A DNA stretch of 64,000 bases from Bigelowiella natans CCMP2755. Taxonomy: Eukaryota; Protista; Cercozoa. The first letter of the stretch is position 1. Every line of letters begins with the position of its first letter. Where the stretch lies: positions 62,001 through 126,000 of the forward strand of contig ADNK01002544.1 of assembly GCA_000320545.1 (NCBI GenBank), read 5' to 3'. Position numbers and translations under genes: made by a program. Positions 27,633-43,251 of this stretch are shown here, one piece after another. The notes beneath the pieces were generated by a model. The model saw nothing but the letters and a program-made list of their open reading frames with translations. It did not search any database and had not been told where the DNA came from.

Positions 27633-28907
27633 TTGGAGAATCTGATCTATGGGCGCGAGCGATCTACGCATCTGCATGGCCGTTTACCACCACAATATTC
27701 AATTTTAAGCAATAACAACTCAAAACTCGTCACTATGAAGATAGCTACCACTACCTTTCAAGCGCAGCCTCTATGTTTCTGTGCATCACTTCCTTCACTT
27801 CTGCCACCTGTTTTCTAGTCTCCAGCAATTTATCCAAACCATGCCTTTGCACCAATTTATGGCACACAGCATACACGCGATTCTGTGGCACGATAATAAA
27901 TAAAAACGTATTTAGAAGCAAATAATAGTGTATATCATCACTAGAACCCACGATTAAATGACTAAATATCTAAGCTTAAAAATAACAAGAAAACACCCAT
28001 CATCACTATCATATTAACCCCTTTAGAAAGTGCGCGTAGCATGAACTGATTACTCACAAAACAAACAATCCACATTTGATTACTTGGATCTTCTCGTTCT
28101 GGGCTAAGAAACCTTTGGACATAGTTTTATTGCAAAGTAGCTGGGTTACAATCTCGAAAGAAAGAAGGTACTATTTACTACAATGACATACCGAGGTCCA
28201 TTAAAGTAAGTTCTGAAAACGGCACCGCTACCTATTTGACACATAATTTTAATTGAACAAATGTAATAGCAGCCACGCATTGACTATGATGATAGTTATG
28301 ACACTCATATTACTACAAGTACCTCCCCAACTACTGCTAAGACTTCGTTGGATTGTGTACTGCTACAACAACAACAACAACTACTACTACTACTACTACT
28401 ATTACTACAGCTGCTGCTACTATTACTACCACCACCACCACTACTGCTGCTACTACTACTACTAGCACTACTACTACGACGAGATTGAAAGCCTGTATAT
28501 GTCATTACCAGGATCGCCGTTTTAAGTTCTCTCACGAAATTCTGTGATAGCGAAAAGTCGGTTCTGCAAGGAAACAAAACAAAACAATAATAGGGTCAGG
28601 TTTCCTGATATCTTTTATACAAACTAGGATTCGGTTATATACTATGTGGTATGAGAGTACAACCTTGCTGCACAACATATGCACACTTCTAAAGATCTTG
28701 GCCTCACTTCTGTCTCCTCTGATTGACACATTTATCACAAAATCCAAGCGAGAGAAAGATTATTCAATGTTTATCAAGGTTGTCATAATGATGATAATCA
28801 TAAGCTTGAATCTACGTGCTACCAATGTTATCCGGTGCTGTTTCTGTAGGGTATTCTTCATCATCTCCTGGTAGTAGTGATAAAATATCAGAAGAAAGCT
28901 CATGTAT

Positions 28908-28958
<51 letters not shown>

Positions 28959-29382
28959 CGTACATATTTGACCTTTTGTTGGCTCTCCTCCTTTGCCTCG
29001 TGCAGCTCTAAGAATAGTTCGATACAATGATGATGGCTATGATGATGGTAGGACGATGATGGATATAGGCAGATCAGAATTGGAGTTCGTTGGAAAGATC
29101 TGTTTCTAGAGAAAGACGATTATTCCAACGCCTTCTTGCTCTCTGCCATTTTTGGGAAAAAGAGATGCATATAGTAGTTTTCTCTTTAGGCACAGTGTCA
29201 GGGCTGACTTGCCAGTTTTTCTAACCTTTCTGCCTCGCAATCTATGCCTTCTTTAACAACTATAACACGGCAAGAACCCTGACAATATTACTAGAATGAG
29301 AACTTATAAAGTATAGCCTAGATACACAAGAGCTCGTGACATTTGTACGTATATTCTCGTTCAAATCTAACACACGCGCGCG

Positions 29383-29449
<67 letters not shown>

Positions 29450-30326
29450 AGATAGCCAAATGGGAAGGACATATAATGTATTTTCAAACGAATAATTTTA
29501 TTTTCAATACCTTTCTCTCGAAGCTCTTCCACTCACCGACAGCAATATCAGAAAGGTGCTGAAAAACGGCACATCAAGATTATAATATCGATTTACGTGA
29601 ATCGAGGGAATGAATCGGTAATCTAATTATAAATTCACTTGAATTCACTATACTCATCAATATTCAATAACGGGGCCTAGTTCTTAATGTACGTGATAGC
29701 CATTTTTTTTACCTTATTCATCACGTCAGCTACGGTATCTTTGTAAACGCTCAACGATTTGTCATACGTATCAACCTGGAAAATTATACAGGTTTATCTA
29801 TCTGTTACTATCATCAGCAATGTCATCACTAATGAGACAATTATCAACATAATCATCACTGTATGTTCTTCCTCTCTAGCCTCTTCATCTTTACCACGTT
29901 CATGCTAAACTATACTACTTTTCTACTATAGCAACCACAGTACTAACGATACCGACAAAAAGAAACAATAACAAACACAGTACATTATAATAGTCTTTGC
30001 TCTAATGCATGAGTACTACAATTACTGACGATATATTTTGAGACCACTTGTCGCAATGGCGATACAATCCCTGACGACAACAAAATTTATGGGAGCACCG
30101 AAGGCCCATTCATTTGCAAATAAGTATTACGTTGAAATTTTGGAAACAAATGTTTACATCGTATAGTTGTATCATTGATTCAGGAAAGAACGTATTTGCG
30201 TTCTTACAGTAACCACCTTGAATGATGATGTCGCCCCTCACCTCGACATGGAAATATCGGAGCAGGCTCTCCTTTGGGCTTACCTTGAATCACACAAGTT
30301 ATAAGCTCTACCTTGGATTTAAGTCG

Positions 30327-30365
<39 letters not shown>

Positions 30366-32590
30366 ATATATCACTTTCGCTAATAAGGCTTCTAAGAGTA
30401 ATGTAAATATGTCAGTAAGAACAAACAGATTACGATGTGTCACCTTATCTAGATTGTGGAAACTTTTGTTGTTGACTGTAATTACCCCTCCGCCTCTCAT
30501 GTTTCCCGATATCACCACCTTTGAAATTTGATTACAATCATGCATTCTTGCATTAGGCTTTATCGCACGCTAGAATAGTACATGCGTCTATTGCATATAA
30601 AATCTGCATATAAAGAAACCCCTGATCTATACTAAAAAGGGCCTGCATCCCCACCCTCTTCCCCCCCCCCCCCGTCTTTCAGTTGCCTCCTCCCGTTCCA
30701 CCCTATACAACAAATATGCACGTCTACGCATACAGGGGCTGAAGAACCGCCATTAATGCTCCGAGGATCACCAAGAAGTGCCTGAGAATTAAGGAGAAAT
30801 CGTAAGGGACTTTTCCCTCTGGTGTGGTATCAAATTGAGTTGATGTCGAGAATAAGCTGGAACAATGAAATGCGTTGCTAAATGATAAGCTTTTTCCCAT
30901 GCCCATGAGAGGTAGTATTGACCTTCTTGAATTCCGCGTCGTCACTACGTACCACAACCATTTTGATGTCGTATGAAATACAATTAGATTAGTACAGAAT
31001 TAATGCAAGTTTCTGAATTAAGGTCGTTTTGCGTGACAAGCATTCCCATGCGCCAAGTTAAGTCTTCGTGTGTGGAGAAGATGTAAATGATTATTACCTC
31101 ATGCCGCTCCTATTCTCCTCGGTTAGAGGTATTATTCGGTTTCGGTTCTCTGTATTCCACAAACATTATTGCTAAATAGAGATATTCTTCGGTTTCGGCT
31201 TTCTGTATTTTCATAAACATTATTGATGTATTTCTTTTGCCCCTGAACGACCTTCCCTTTCCTTCCCACCACAGTGAATTGCTTAACAAAATGAAGGACA
31301 ATGTCAAGGAAGCTATAGTTTGGATGCCGCTTTAGCATGCATCAACATACCTCCTTCTCCTTCGTGACGTTCGAGGGTGAGTGCCTGATTTCACCTCTCT
31401 CTGCCTTCCTAGAAACTTGCGCAGCGAATCCCGACCTTATGATTGCTTCAATTCTGTTCTTATCCGTTCTATTTCTGTTTGTTAAATGGCAGCGGGGTTG
31501 TTCGCCGTGTCTCCTTCCTTCTTCGTTGAGGTGGTGTAGGAAGAATCTTTGTTATCTTGGTGACTGTTAATCCACGAGATGATGATTTATAAGTCAAGGA
31601 AGTAGGAATTTATTCCTAGTAGTTTACCCGACATATATATGCCAAAGGTGTGTGTTGTAGGAGGAAGAATGAGGAGCAACCGATAGAGAAGAAATGACAA
31701 GCTACGACGATGTAGCTCCGATAATTCTAAGTCTTCTTTCAGCTCTACATGAAATACTGTGCATCATGGAATTTATTACCTAAGTTTAGTTCTCAAGCAA
31801 ATTCCATGTGGATCAGTATGTGCGACAATGATTTGAACGAAAATAAATACAAAAACCTCCTGGCAGGAAGTATACCTGGTGACAAGCTCGGAAGACTAGA
31901 AACCATTTCCCGCGTTACGACCCCTCTCTGCCCTCTGCTAGCTTCGGAGCTAGCCTCTAGAAACATGTCAAAGAGGGATGCACATGGCGAGGGATCTTCA
32001 CGCTTAAGAGTTTGGACCAACCTACTGCAAATACGATACCTCCTTGCCTAACTAAGATCTCTTATCACGAAGGTTGCATCGCCCGACCCGAAAAAGAAGA
32101 CTGACCTCAAGAATAATCTGGGAAAGCTGTTTGGTGATATCGAGGTCAACAGCTTCTTATACTGCAGCGTTCCTTTTCTGATGCTCCATCTGAAACGTCA
32201 CCTTTTTATCGAATCAGAAAAAGGCAGAGATGATCCTGAATCTGGTAGCTTCATATGTTGATGAGCCCCCTCTCCTATCAACTCCCCAAAATAGCGTCAT
32301 TTCTTTATCAATAAATGAATATATATTTCAGAAAATCCCACAGAAAGTTTCGCTATTTACCAAGCTTCACATGGTCGTTGTTGTCAGTAAATAGATTGTC
32401 GCTTGCATTATTCTGATTGTCTTGTTATTTGTAGTAGTACAATAATCATGGCCACAAGTTGATGATAGATGATAGATGCATGACGGCGTCCACGTTGACC
32501 CCAACATTATCTGCATGCAACAGGAATCTTCTAAATCTAAACCTGATGCTGTCGTTGTTTCTAAGCACGGGGCTGAAATCAATAAGGTAG
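27130..32590 (-). CDS. Large multi-exon gene with a C-terminal R-SNARE (synaptobrevin-like) coiled coil; possibly tomosyn/amisyn-like; boundaries uncertain
   Basis: Exons at ~27753-27885 and ~27489-27550 give DKLLETRKQVAEVKEVMHRNIEAALE|RGEDLQEVCEKTEELTEDSM, the R-SNARE pattern. Upstream GT-AG exons are seen but their product is not recognised. Confidence 0.5.
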
Positions 32591-33455
32591 TAGTGTAGTA
32601 CTGCTGTTCAGCTCAGAGTGATAGTAGATAGAAAAGAGTAAATCCAGAGCTCTAATAGCACGATATAACCGCTTCTTGGTTGCCTAATCAATACATCGCG
32701 ATGTAAATTTTAGGAGAGTTGCACCAAATCTGTTAATATTTAAGTGATGTCATTGTAACCATTATCGACATGATCTCATCATTGTCATTACTGTCGTCAT
32801 CATCATCTTCGTATTGGGCATCATTATCTTTATCACCTTAACGTTGTAGTCGATTAAAGATTTTACGGATACGATGAAAGTGGAGATATCAGATCTATTA
32901 GATTTTCTCATGACTCTTCGGTCAGTTTCATCAACGTGAAGAATTTTTTATGTTGAGTTTAAATTCGTTTGCATTCAATATTTTCCCTAAATTATTTAAA
33001 GGATGTGGGTGCAGCTAAAAGTGCCAGAAATGTCGGACGGAAACAATTTCGGTAAATACGAAAGTATGTGATAAGGAGAAGGAGAACGACGTAAACATTC
33101 TTCTTCGACTGAATTTTAAACTTTTAAAGTTTAATAGTTGGACAACTATGCAATTCCCTGAAAGATGACGCCGTAGGCTTCTTTGGATTATTTATTCCTA
33201 TGCGCATTTGTTCATTTAGGGGTGGGAGTGCAAGAGGAAATAATCCAATTGTTGCTTGCAGGAAGGACCCCTAGTAAGTAAAGTTGTCAAACTGAAAGCA
33301 ATTTTCTTGGGGTGGCATTGGGAAATACATCTGAATCAATGCTCTCAATTATCAGTTCTCTCGGTGTTGGAGAGTTCGGTTTCTTACTTTGTTAAGAGAG
33401 GCAAATTATTGACAAAGGTGTACGAGTTCAGAAAATGGAATTATTTTCCATTTCA

Positions 33456-33486
<31 letters not shown>

Positions 33487-34319
33487 GAAAGTATAGCAGT
33501 TTTCGTCGTTTTTACAATAGTTTCGCTTGTATTTTATATTTCTGACCGATTGCGATTTACTATCAAGGTTATCAAGTATCCGAATGTACAAGACTATAGA
33601 AAAGGGTTTCTCATACTTGTACACCAACATTAAATTTATTTCCCAACATCTCATTCAATCTAATAGTCAACATCATCGTGACTACATCGTCAATCTATAC
33701 ACAAATGCTTTTCGAAGCATTTGTTTCATTAGTTCATAAAAGCATTTTATTTGATATACATACAGAGTAGAAGAGTTGGACGAAGCTCATTGGCACTGTC
33801 TTTTGAATGCCAGCTTGGACCTCAGGTAGGAATTATTCTGAAAAACGTTTCATATAACCTGGAAATATATCAATACCTTGCTGTGACTTTAATAACGAGT
33901 CAAAATTGAGCAGTAAGACCAAAAGCAAAAGACTCATGTTTTTTTTGTAAACAGTTTTCCATAAATGAGGAAGAATATGAACTACCTGTACCTTTTAGAT
34001 TTACCATTCATTCGATATATTTTTCAATTGATAAGGATTTTTATTATCATTATCGTAGAAACTATTGTGTGACTCTAAAAGACACAATGACCAAAAACAT
34101 CAAAAAAATAAAACAGCCAAGGTAAAAATACGTCAGATGGTATGCATAGAAGATAATATCCAATCTCTTATTTTTCATCGTGTGGATTCTTATTCATATT
34201 CGGGTTATGTGATGAGAGCAATTTTGTGGACGCGAAACTGTTTGCATACCATAATTTAATGTGTTGGCATTAAATTAGGAGTAAAAATTTAGGTCAAAGT
34301 TTGTATTAGAAGATAAAGC

Positions 34320-34990
34320 CACAGCATCGGCACATGGTAATTACAGATTTCACTTACGATAGTGATGATGAAGGGCGCTGCAGCCACGTTTTGCATCGTT
34401 TACTCGATGTGCTATCAAACAAAGAGATGCACAGCAACATCAAGTCAATGCATCATTACGTAAATTATCAAATCAATGAATGATATCCAAGTCACTGACT
34501 CGTGCAGCATTCGCATCTTGGAGTACTTGTACAGATCTGCGTGATAGATTATTTTGCTCTGTCGGTTTTGTTGTTGCGCTTGCAAATTGATGGAATTGCA
34601 CACGCTATAGCTAGCTAGCACGGCGCTGCACGCAAATTTTGATTAGCGCATTACCGTTCAAAATCAAGTGCATTTTCTGTAGCTCTACTAGCCAACTAAC
34701 TAGCTAGCACCATTCAACGACAGCTATGTTCACATGCATGCAAAACCTGTTTGAATTACACGATGCTTTGCTATACTCATCTTTGAGTGGAGACCCTTGG
34801 CTAGTTGGGTGTGAGTCTAAGTGCACACCATGCCAGCACATCTAGACATGCCGCATGCATGCCTCTGCTAGCTCTGCCGTGCATGGAGGTGGTACAATTT
34901 TGAAGCGCAGCACAACTACAAGTTGCAATTACGATGCCGACACCGCACGCAAAACGCTGCTGCTACATGAAAATGACAATGCAAAAACAA
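34320..34990. repeat. Intergenic, partly TpA-depleted, CTAG/TGCA-rich island
   Basis: Local rise in CTAG, TGCA and CATG against AT-rich flanks. Confidence 0.45.
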
Positions 34991-35551
34991 TTTAATTTAT
35001 AAATTCGATAAGAAATAATGCAGCTATGACAATGAAACGTCTCGGATGAAATGATTGCAATTTGAACTCAGCGCTTCTCCTTTCCTGGCAAATATATACA
35101 AGTAAACGGCGCGTAGGTCTGGTAGGACATCACCAAAAATCGTGTAATCATTGCATCCAATATCAACTCCCCCCCCTCCTCCTGCTCCTCCTCCGTAAGA
35201 ACAATTCTCGAGCATGAATACGATATTCAATCCTGGAGGAGGAGACATACAAGTTATTTGTGTGAAGGGCAGTAAGTATTTATACTTGGCACGTTTTTGT
35301 ATTTCGGGAGGACTAGGAAAAATGATATAAGGCCAATTACCACTACTATCACTACTACTACTACTACTACCATACTGCTATAGTGTACTGCTACTACTTA
35401 ACAGCATATTAAATGCACGAAAATATCGTCACATTCATCAAAAACTGATAGGATCTTCCTCTACTACCACTGTCGGTCTGTTTTAAGCTTGAGAGATGGC
35501 GAGAGATGGTCATATAACTCTTGCACAATTGTGTTTAGGTACCTAGGGTGT

Positions 35552-35592
<41 letters not shown>

Positions 35593-38500
35593 AAGTTGTT
35601 TGTTGTGGAGCATGTGATGTGACGACGTTACAACTGTTTCTGGTATTATAGCTTGTATGCTTACTACTACTACTTTTTATGGGTGAGGTCTCTTAAGCTA
35701 CGTCGCAATAACTCTGCAATCGTGTGCCCCCTCTAATACAACATCATTCGTCATTATATGATTAGTGAAATAGTGCCTCGATGACGACTGAAAAGAACCG
35801 CAACCTTCCAATATGATATGCACACCTTTTTATCAAATATGCCCTGCTAGTTGTTTTCTTTCAATAATCACATCTTCCTACGATAGTATCACCTTCACAA
35901 TCATGATGTTTTCGTGTCCTGCCTTCCTCAATATGCTGTCGGAACGTCCTGTTGTTTATGTGATTCATTCGTGAATACCAATATCGTAGTACTAGGCAGA
36001 TGCGGTTTCAGTAGAGATCGGTAGTAATAACGGTTGTAGATATAATCGCTTCTTTCTTATTCGTTTCGGGTGGTGGAAGGTTAGGCATGACAGACAATCC
36101 ACACTCCATAACGTTTGTTCATCTATTACTTCAACTGCACGTATGGTCCCAAAACGAAACATGGGAGAGTTATAACTATCTTGTTTTTAATATCATTTGT
36201 GGAATATCGTGTGAGCATCATCTCCCACAAATCATGTCGCCTCGGCTACTTCCACGTCAACTCATCGCTATCACCAATATTTGATAGGCTATCACCAATA
36301 TTTGATAGAAAGTCCCAAGATAACATCCAGGTAGAGTTCCCATCAGGATGATGCATACTGCTGTCTGTGAGCATTCCAATATTCATAATGAATGATGTGA
36401 TATATGATTTAGCAAAGAAGACTGGGTACATAAGTTTGTAGTATAGGTGTTATGGGTCGCAATAGTGCTCGTATCCTGTGATGCTTATTTGTAGTTTGTG
36501 ATTGTTTGTAGCGGCAGCGGTAGCATGGAATAATGACCTTTCGAAAAAGACACAAACTCTCCTTGTCCCGCAAATAGAAAACTGGAGAACAAATGCAATA
36601 GCGGTAGTAACACAATCAGCACAATGGATATTAATCCCTGTAGGCGAGCTTGGACATCACGTAAGAACCAACAGCATGAATATCTATATTAAGCCGTGTA
36701 ACGTCAAGATGCTCACAAAAAACAATTTTCTTGCATCTTGGTGCAAAGTAGCACCAACGACGAACGACTATCACTACACAACAACTAGCAGAGTCAAGGT
36801 GCACAATAATAATACTTAATCGGATTCTTGAAAGTTGACCAGATGATACCTCGCCAAGCTGCCTTGAATTCAGCCTGGAAGAACACACACACACACACAC
36901 ACGCAAACGCACGCACGCACATTAACATTACAAAGATATCACTCTTAGATATACATTACATATATTATATTATTTGTATAAAATATTCTGGAAATAACGT
37001 ATAAATTGTATACGTTTAGATTGTTCGTATCTATCACTATATAAAATACAAATATGCAAATGCCAAGCTATTTTTAGAAGACAGCCACCCTTTCCTCTCG
37101 CTCAAAGTCTTCCTTCATTTTGTGCTCTTTTCGAACGCGCAATATCGAGTTCTTTGAAGCTGTCATTGTTGCCGACGGTGACGATGAAGTAGATGCCGAC
37201 CTAAGATTGATGTTAAGCAGTCAAATACTCATTTTCTCAGAATGCTGTACATATACGCATATTTGCTCAAAGTTTATTCAGTTATCAAGGAGCCTACATT
37301 TCGTTCTCAATACCCGCTCGATGAAATTGAGCTTTCCCGGCTGATGCTGATGAATCCGTAAAATCAATGAATGGCACATGTACTGATTGTGCGAGTCTAC
37401 TAGAACATTTCCTCGAAGCATAACGCATAACAAATCATCTGTAGAGCAAAGCACTATCCATCCTTTGCATGTCGATTGGAAAACGGTAGTCTAAATAATT
37501 TGATACAAATTCCAACATTACTACCTCGCGGTGGATATAACCGCGTCATCCACGATTCTTTTATTTTCGTGGTCGAATCTAATCATTGCGCAATCGTTAG
37601 TTATTTTGTGGAATAAACATCGTTTTTTCAGGGCGTTGCTCCCGTAATCTTATCAACCTTACACTCTTTGATATCGGGCGGCAATACATACTGTGTGTGG
37701 CACCGTTCTTTTGTTCCTACTTCCCCAAAACACACAATCGCAAGCAACTTCAACCAATTAGAGTACTTCCGCGAAGATAACTTGGATAACGATGATGGAA
37801 TTTTGTCACGCTCGGCCCAAATAAATATAACTTTGGCGACCATCGAAGAAGTTTATGATGATATGATTTTGCGTTGTTAACCTTAAAATGCCCCCACCAC
37901 TAGGTGGAGAGCTTTGTGCAAGCACTTCTTCAATGCTTTGCACAGAATCTATCTCGATTTGAACCTACGAATCCCGGATATCCGGGATATTACATGAACT
38001 AACCAAATTCTATTGCAATTACATATGACGACTATCACATTTTGCTCAGATATGAAAAATACACAAACCCTTACCCGCTTTTTATCCTCAGATTCTAATT
38101 ATGATGTTACACAACTTTTATTTCGACTAAACAAGGAAGAAAAATCCATGAGGATTTTTTTTTTGCATGAATTCAATCGTGATTTGTGAATTTTGATGAG
38201 AAAAACTGTCTCAATTTAGGCTGTATCGTTCTGCCACTGTGGCGCCCACACGGTCGGAGCGCTAAAATAGAGTCGTAGATGCAATATCGCTGGAAAGAGT
38301 GCGAATTCGAGTGAAATCATTCCGAGAACCGAGAACCAACAGAAGTTTCATTTTCTCTTTTTTCCACTGGAAAGAAGCAGTAATTTAGCCTAAAACTACC
38401 TCAACAGCTTCTTTCTCGTGAAAAATTAGAGAAAAGGTACGATGGCATTAAAACCCAAAATGCAGAGGAAAACCATGAAAATTGTGCCGAAACCACTTGC

Positions 38501-38821
38501 CATTTGGCACTTACTTTAGTATTACTGCCTGTAGTAGTACATGGGACGACGATTGAATGCCGCTTCTAATTCCCTGCGCTCGTATCTACCGTCAATTAAT
38601 CAGAGACGATTTTTCTAGTTTTTTCTATTTTTGATGGAGAACGATAATAAATCCATGGCTATTTAATCATGCGACTGGGAACATTGAGTCATGATCGCCT
38701 ACGAATGAATGGACAATCACAGAAGGAAATAAAGTACATTTCTACATTGCGTCATAAATTAATTTGTGTATCGTACATAAAACCGCAGTAGGAAACTGTT
38801 GCTCCATCGCTGATCAGAGCC

Positions 38822-39179
38822 ATGGCTGGGGAAGCCATCGCCGGCCAATCAGCAAATGGGGTGAGGGGCTATCAAATAAAACCGTGAAGAGGCGTTTATC
38901 ATCATTTTTCGAATCGATTCATAGGGCAGACACGATTTATCTATGTATTTTGTTGTTCACAGGGCTCTGTTGAGTCAAAGCACCCATCCTCTCGTAAGAT
39001 TCCGATGAAGACTATTGGAGATTGGGGAAGCTTTGTCCTTTTAGTGAATAACATGATGTCACATGGGCTTGTAGTTATGCCGCTAGCATACCAGGTAGTC
39101 GATTAAAATTTCTTCTTAGCTTGTAACATTTGAAATTGATAGCGATGATGATCTGTACGTGCAACGTACTGAGCAAGCG

Positions 39180-39218
<39 letters not shown>

Positions 39219-39367
39219 CACAACACATCCATAGATATAATACAACATGATGAGTTTCGAAATCAGTTAAGAATGCCGGATTTAGTTTCATTTCTCTGTT
39301 GTGTAGCATACAGGATGGTTGGGAATGATAATCATGATCGGTACTTACGAAGCATTTGTAGTACATC

Positions 39368-39401
<34 letters not shown>

Positions 39402-40279
39402 TATTGTTGTTGTGGTAGTTGTAGCAATACAAATTCAAATCTTCACTTCTGCATTTTCGCTTATAATGCTCGAATTTCCGCCTGCTTATGCCACAGCATC
39501 CTCAACGGTAGTCGACAGATGATACGTGCATGCATTGAGAAGGCAAGATGTAATAATGGACACCATTACATTGCGCAGGTTTATGCTCGTACATGTCGTC
39601 TTTCGGCATCTCATTTCTAGCGGAAGCAATGGTAGCTCCGATCATATCTTTGGTGAACATTTTGGTTGTTTGACATTGCAGGCATCATGTTATAATCGGC
39701 AGCACATATCCTGCTTAATACGAATAACGAATGTGGATACTATTTGAATATGTGCGTGGAGTATACACGCATATACGCACGCGCACATAAATCCGTAGAC
39801 AACTCCCGTGTTTACACATAAGAGGACACCTTGGTGTATCTATTAGTTACTCCGATGATATGATTTTTGTAGTCGATCATTCCTGGAAATGAGAGGTTTC
39901 AAGGGAGGGTTACCTTCATGAGAATATGCGAGACTTATCTCTCGAAAAGGTGTTATTCGAACGTTGCTATTATTGGTTGTACACGTCTTGAAGAATGTTC
40001 TCATTTGTTTCGACCTGTTTCTTGGCCAATCAACCGACTAGCGCTATTGTAGAAGCTACACACACTTAGAGTAGCAAGTATTACCACGTCGTCAGCACGT
40101 TGATACCATAGAGATTTTGGCCGAAACCCATACGTGAGGGGTGTATTGCTTATTCCCTCCAACGCCATCATGATGATAACGTTATATAACCCAACTATCA
40201 CCTCTTGGATAACCTCAAACGCATGTGTTGTAGAAGTAGTACTAGTAAAAGTCGTCAAATATATACACGTGTTTTAAAC

Positions 40280-40310
<31 letters not shown>

Positions 40311-40384
40311 CAAATAACATGTTAATGCCATTGCTGTTCGAAAGTCACTAAATCTTCCTCCTCTTCCTCCTTCCCCTCCCGGTG

Positions 40385-40415
<31 letters not shown>

Positions 40416-40669
40416 GCGACTACTACTATTATTACTATAACCATTACAATAGATCCGCTGCCATAGCTCTAGCATTGTTTCTTACCTGGATTGTCGTGTC
40501 AAACACCAGTGCTATCGTGCTCACAGCACAGGTATTAGTATTCGTGTATTATTGTCAAGCATTCTTCTTGTTTGAGCGCACTTAATGATGGGAATGATGA
40601 TGAAGAGGAGGAGGGTGCTGAAGAGGAGGAGGAAGAGAGTCAATCAATATGCTTTAGATATAATTCGAT

Positions 40670-40710
<41 letters not shown>

Positions 40711-40866
40711 TAATATATATATTATTAAACTAGACGGCCGATCAAGCCATGCTATCATCTGGAGCTGCCTGTGCCCTTGAGTATTATCCCCAATTTAGGT
40801 TGTTACTTCCCCTTCACAACACACGCGCACACAAACTAATACACACACACACAGACACATGCACAT

Positions 40867-40903
<37 letters not shown>

Positions 40904-41274
40904 TACGTGCTGAAAACAACGACAGCCACAACACCTGACACATTGTACTTGTAACCATTAATAGTTGCCCAGATTTTGCCATTACTTCACGTGCTTTACC
41001 TCAATCCAGCATTAGCACTTCATGTTCATTATCTGATAACCTTGCTTGACCCCCCTTCCTCTCCTTCTTCTTCTTCCTCCTCTCTTTAGATTCAAATGCA
41101 TAACGCAAGGGGCTAAGGAAGATTCGGTTTTTGGCAATTCTTGGGTGTGAAATCATCATCATCATCATCACCACCATCATCATCATCATCAATATCCTCA
41201 TTGCATGAGGGTAACAAATGCAAATAAGCGGCATATTTTAACATGCTCTCTCACACACGCACACGCACACGCTT

Positions 41275-41318
<44 letters not shown>

Positions 41319-41321
41319 CCA

Positions 41322-41371
<50 letters not shown>

Positions 41372-41666
41372 GCAGCACCTATATATCCCCTGCCCCCATT
41401 TTGCACCTTCTTCTGCATCGTTGATAGCACTCTCGGTTTGATGCTCTCTTGTCTCTCCTCTCTTTCTCTCGATCGCACCATACGCATGGTTACTCCTAAC
41501 TCAAATCCCAACACTAGCAAGCGTTGCTGAAATGAATGCGCATGTTATATCACCAGGTACTCTCCCTCGGCTTCGTCCTCACTTCGTGTATTACCATTCC
41601 CTTCTCTCTCGTGGATATCAGAGAGAATATGATGGCTCAGGTTTGTACATATGTGTGTTTTGTGTG

Positions 41667-41706
<40 letters not shown>

Positions 41707-42144
41707 ACAGAGCCCATAGTAAAAACTGATTGGTTTTGCTTTGTACCAGTCGGTGACGTTCATTGGGATATTCGTCATTATGGTGACGTGGACCAGCTTC
41801 TTCCTATCAAAGGACCTTGAAGACTCAAGGTGCTACCAGTAGTAGCTGCATGTATGCTACATTGCTATGCTCTACATTGCTGCGGTGCTGACGATAATGG
41901 CGATGGTGATGATAATTGCGCTTGGCGGATACGATGATGACCGACAATGTGGGAGGTCATTTCCACGCTGGTGGTATGGTGATGATGATTTGACGATGAT
42001 TTGATGGTGGTTTGACGGTGGTGTGATGGCTGGATAGAGTCCCTGTGATTGGCCAGTCTGGAAGAGGAGTTGGGTATCTACATATATTTATGTACATTTG
42101 CATATATGATATATTAGCCGTCGAGTGGTCTGTGTAACGTCTAC

Positions 42145-42182
<38 letters not shown>

Positions 42183-42445
42183 GACTTACTGCTATCAAGC
42201 AGCAAGTTGCCTTGTTCGAAACAATGCGTATTATAACAATCCCCCACGAGCATCGATGATGATGCTGCCCGTGGGCTAATCGTCGTATAGAATACAAATG
42301 CACCGATTCTCCTGACAATCCTTTTCTTTTTCCTAATATATTTATTCTTGCTGCTGCTGCTTGCTGCAGGTTTGTACTGTTCAACTTCGCATATGTGGTA
42401 TATGCTCCGGCCTGGATTAACGAAAAACGGTTACTGTGTGTATAG

Positions 42446-42477
<32 letters not shown>

Positions 42478-42697
42478 TTGGTGATGTTGGTGATACAATA
42501 CGATGGTGGTGGTGGTGATGATGATGATGATGATGATGAGGATGATGGTTATGAGGATGATGGTTATGAGGGTGCACTCTTATACTGCACAGCTGTTAAA
42601 TAGTGCCGATATGTGAGAGGACAGCGTTAGCATATACCCTCTAAGCTCTATTGTAGATCGCTGCTGCTATGTCATTCATATACAAATTATATATATT

Positions 42698-42736
<39 letters not shown>

Positions 42737-43212
42737 AATATACATATATATGTACATATCCGTTCGAATGGCCGCAAACACATAATACGCATACGTGATA
42801 ACATACATTACACGTGTGATAGCATAACATCATCATGATTGCGCTATGCTGCTTACAGGTCCACGGTTGATATCGAGTCCATACTTGTCTGGTCAACGCT
42901 ACTCGGGGTGCGATTTCCTATGCTGAAAACGCCAAATTCAAACGACTCGGATTTGATCGTCATTGTTGTTGTTGTCGTCGTTTTCATTGTTTTATTTTCT
43001 TCTTTCTGCCCTTTTTGTTCTTCTTCCCTTTCTCTCTTGCCTCTGGCTAAGGCGATGGTCTTCATGGTCCCTTGTCTTCTCGGAGCTGTTGCTCTTGACT
43101 TTTCAAATGGTACTGGAGGAGGGGGGAGGGGGGGGGGGGGGGCACGGTTAGTTTACACGGAGAGTTAGCGCTTTTCGTTGTGGTGTTTTCCATTAGCAGT
43201 GCCTAACGTATA

Positions 43213-43251
<39 letters not shown>

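Noticed and set aside
36267-36308. Perfect 21-bp tandem duplication GCTATCACCAATATTTGATAG x2
   Set aside because: Isolated slippage-type duplication with no associated element.
35020-38300. Probable multi-exon gene on the minus strand
   Set aside because: Exon-like segments are present, but I could not build a consistent model or recognise a product.
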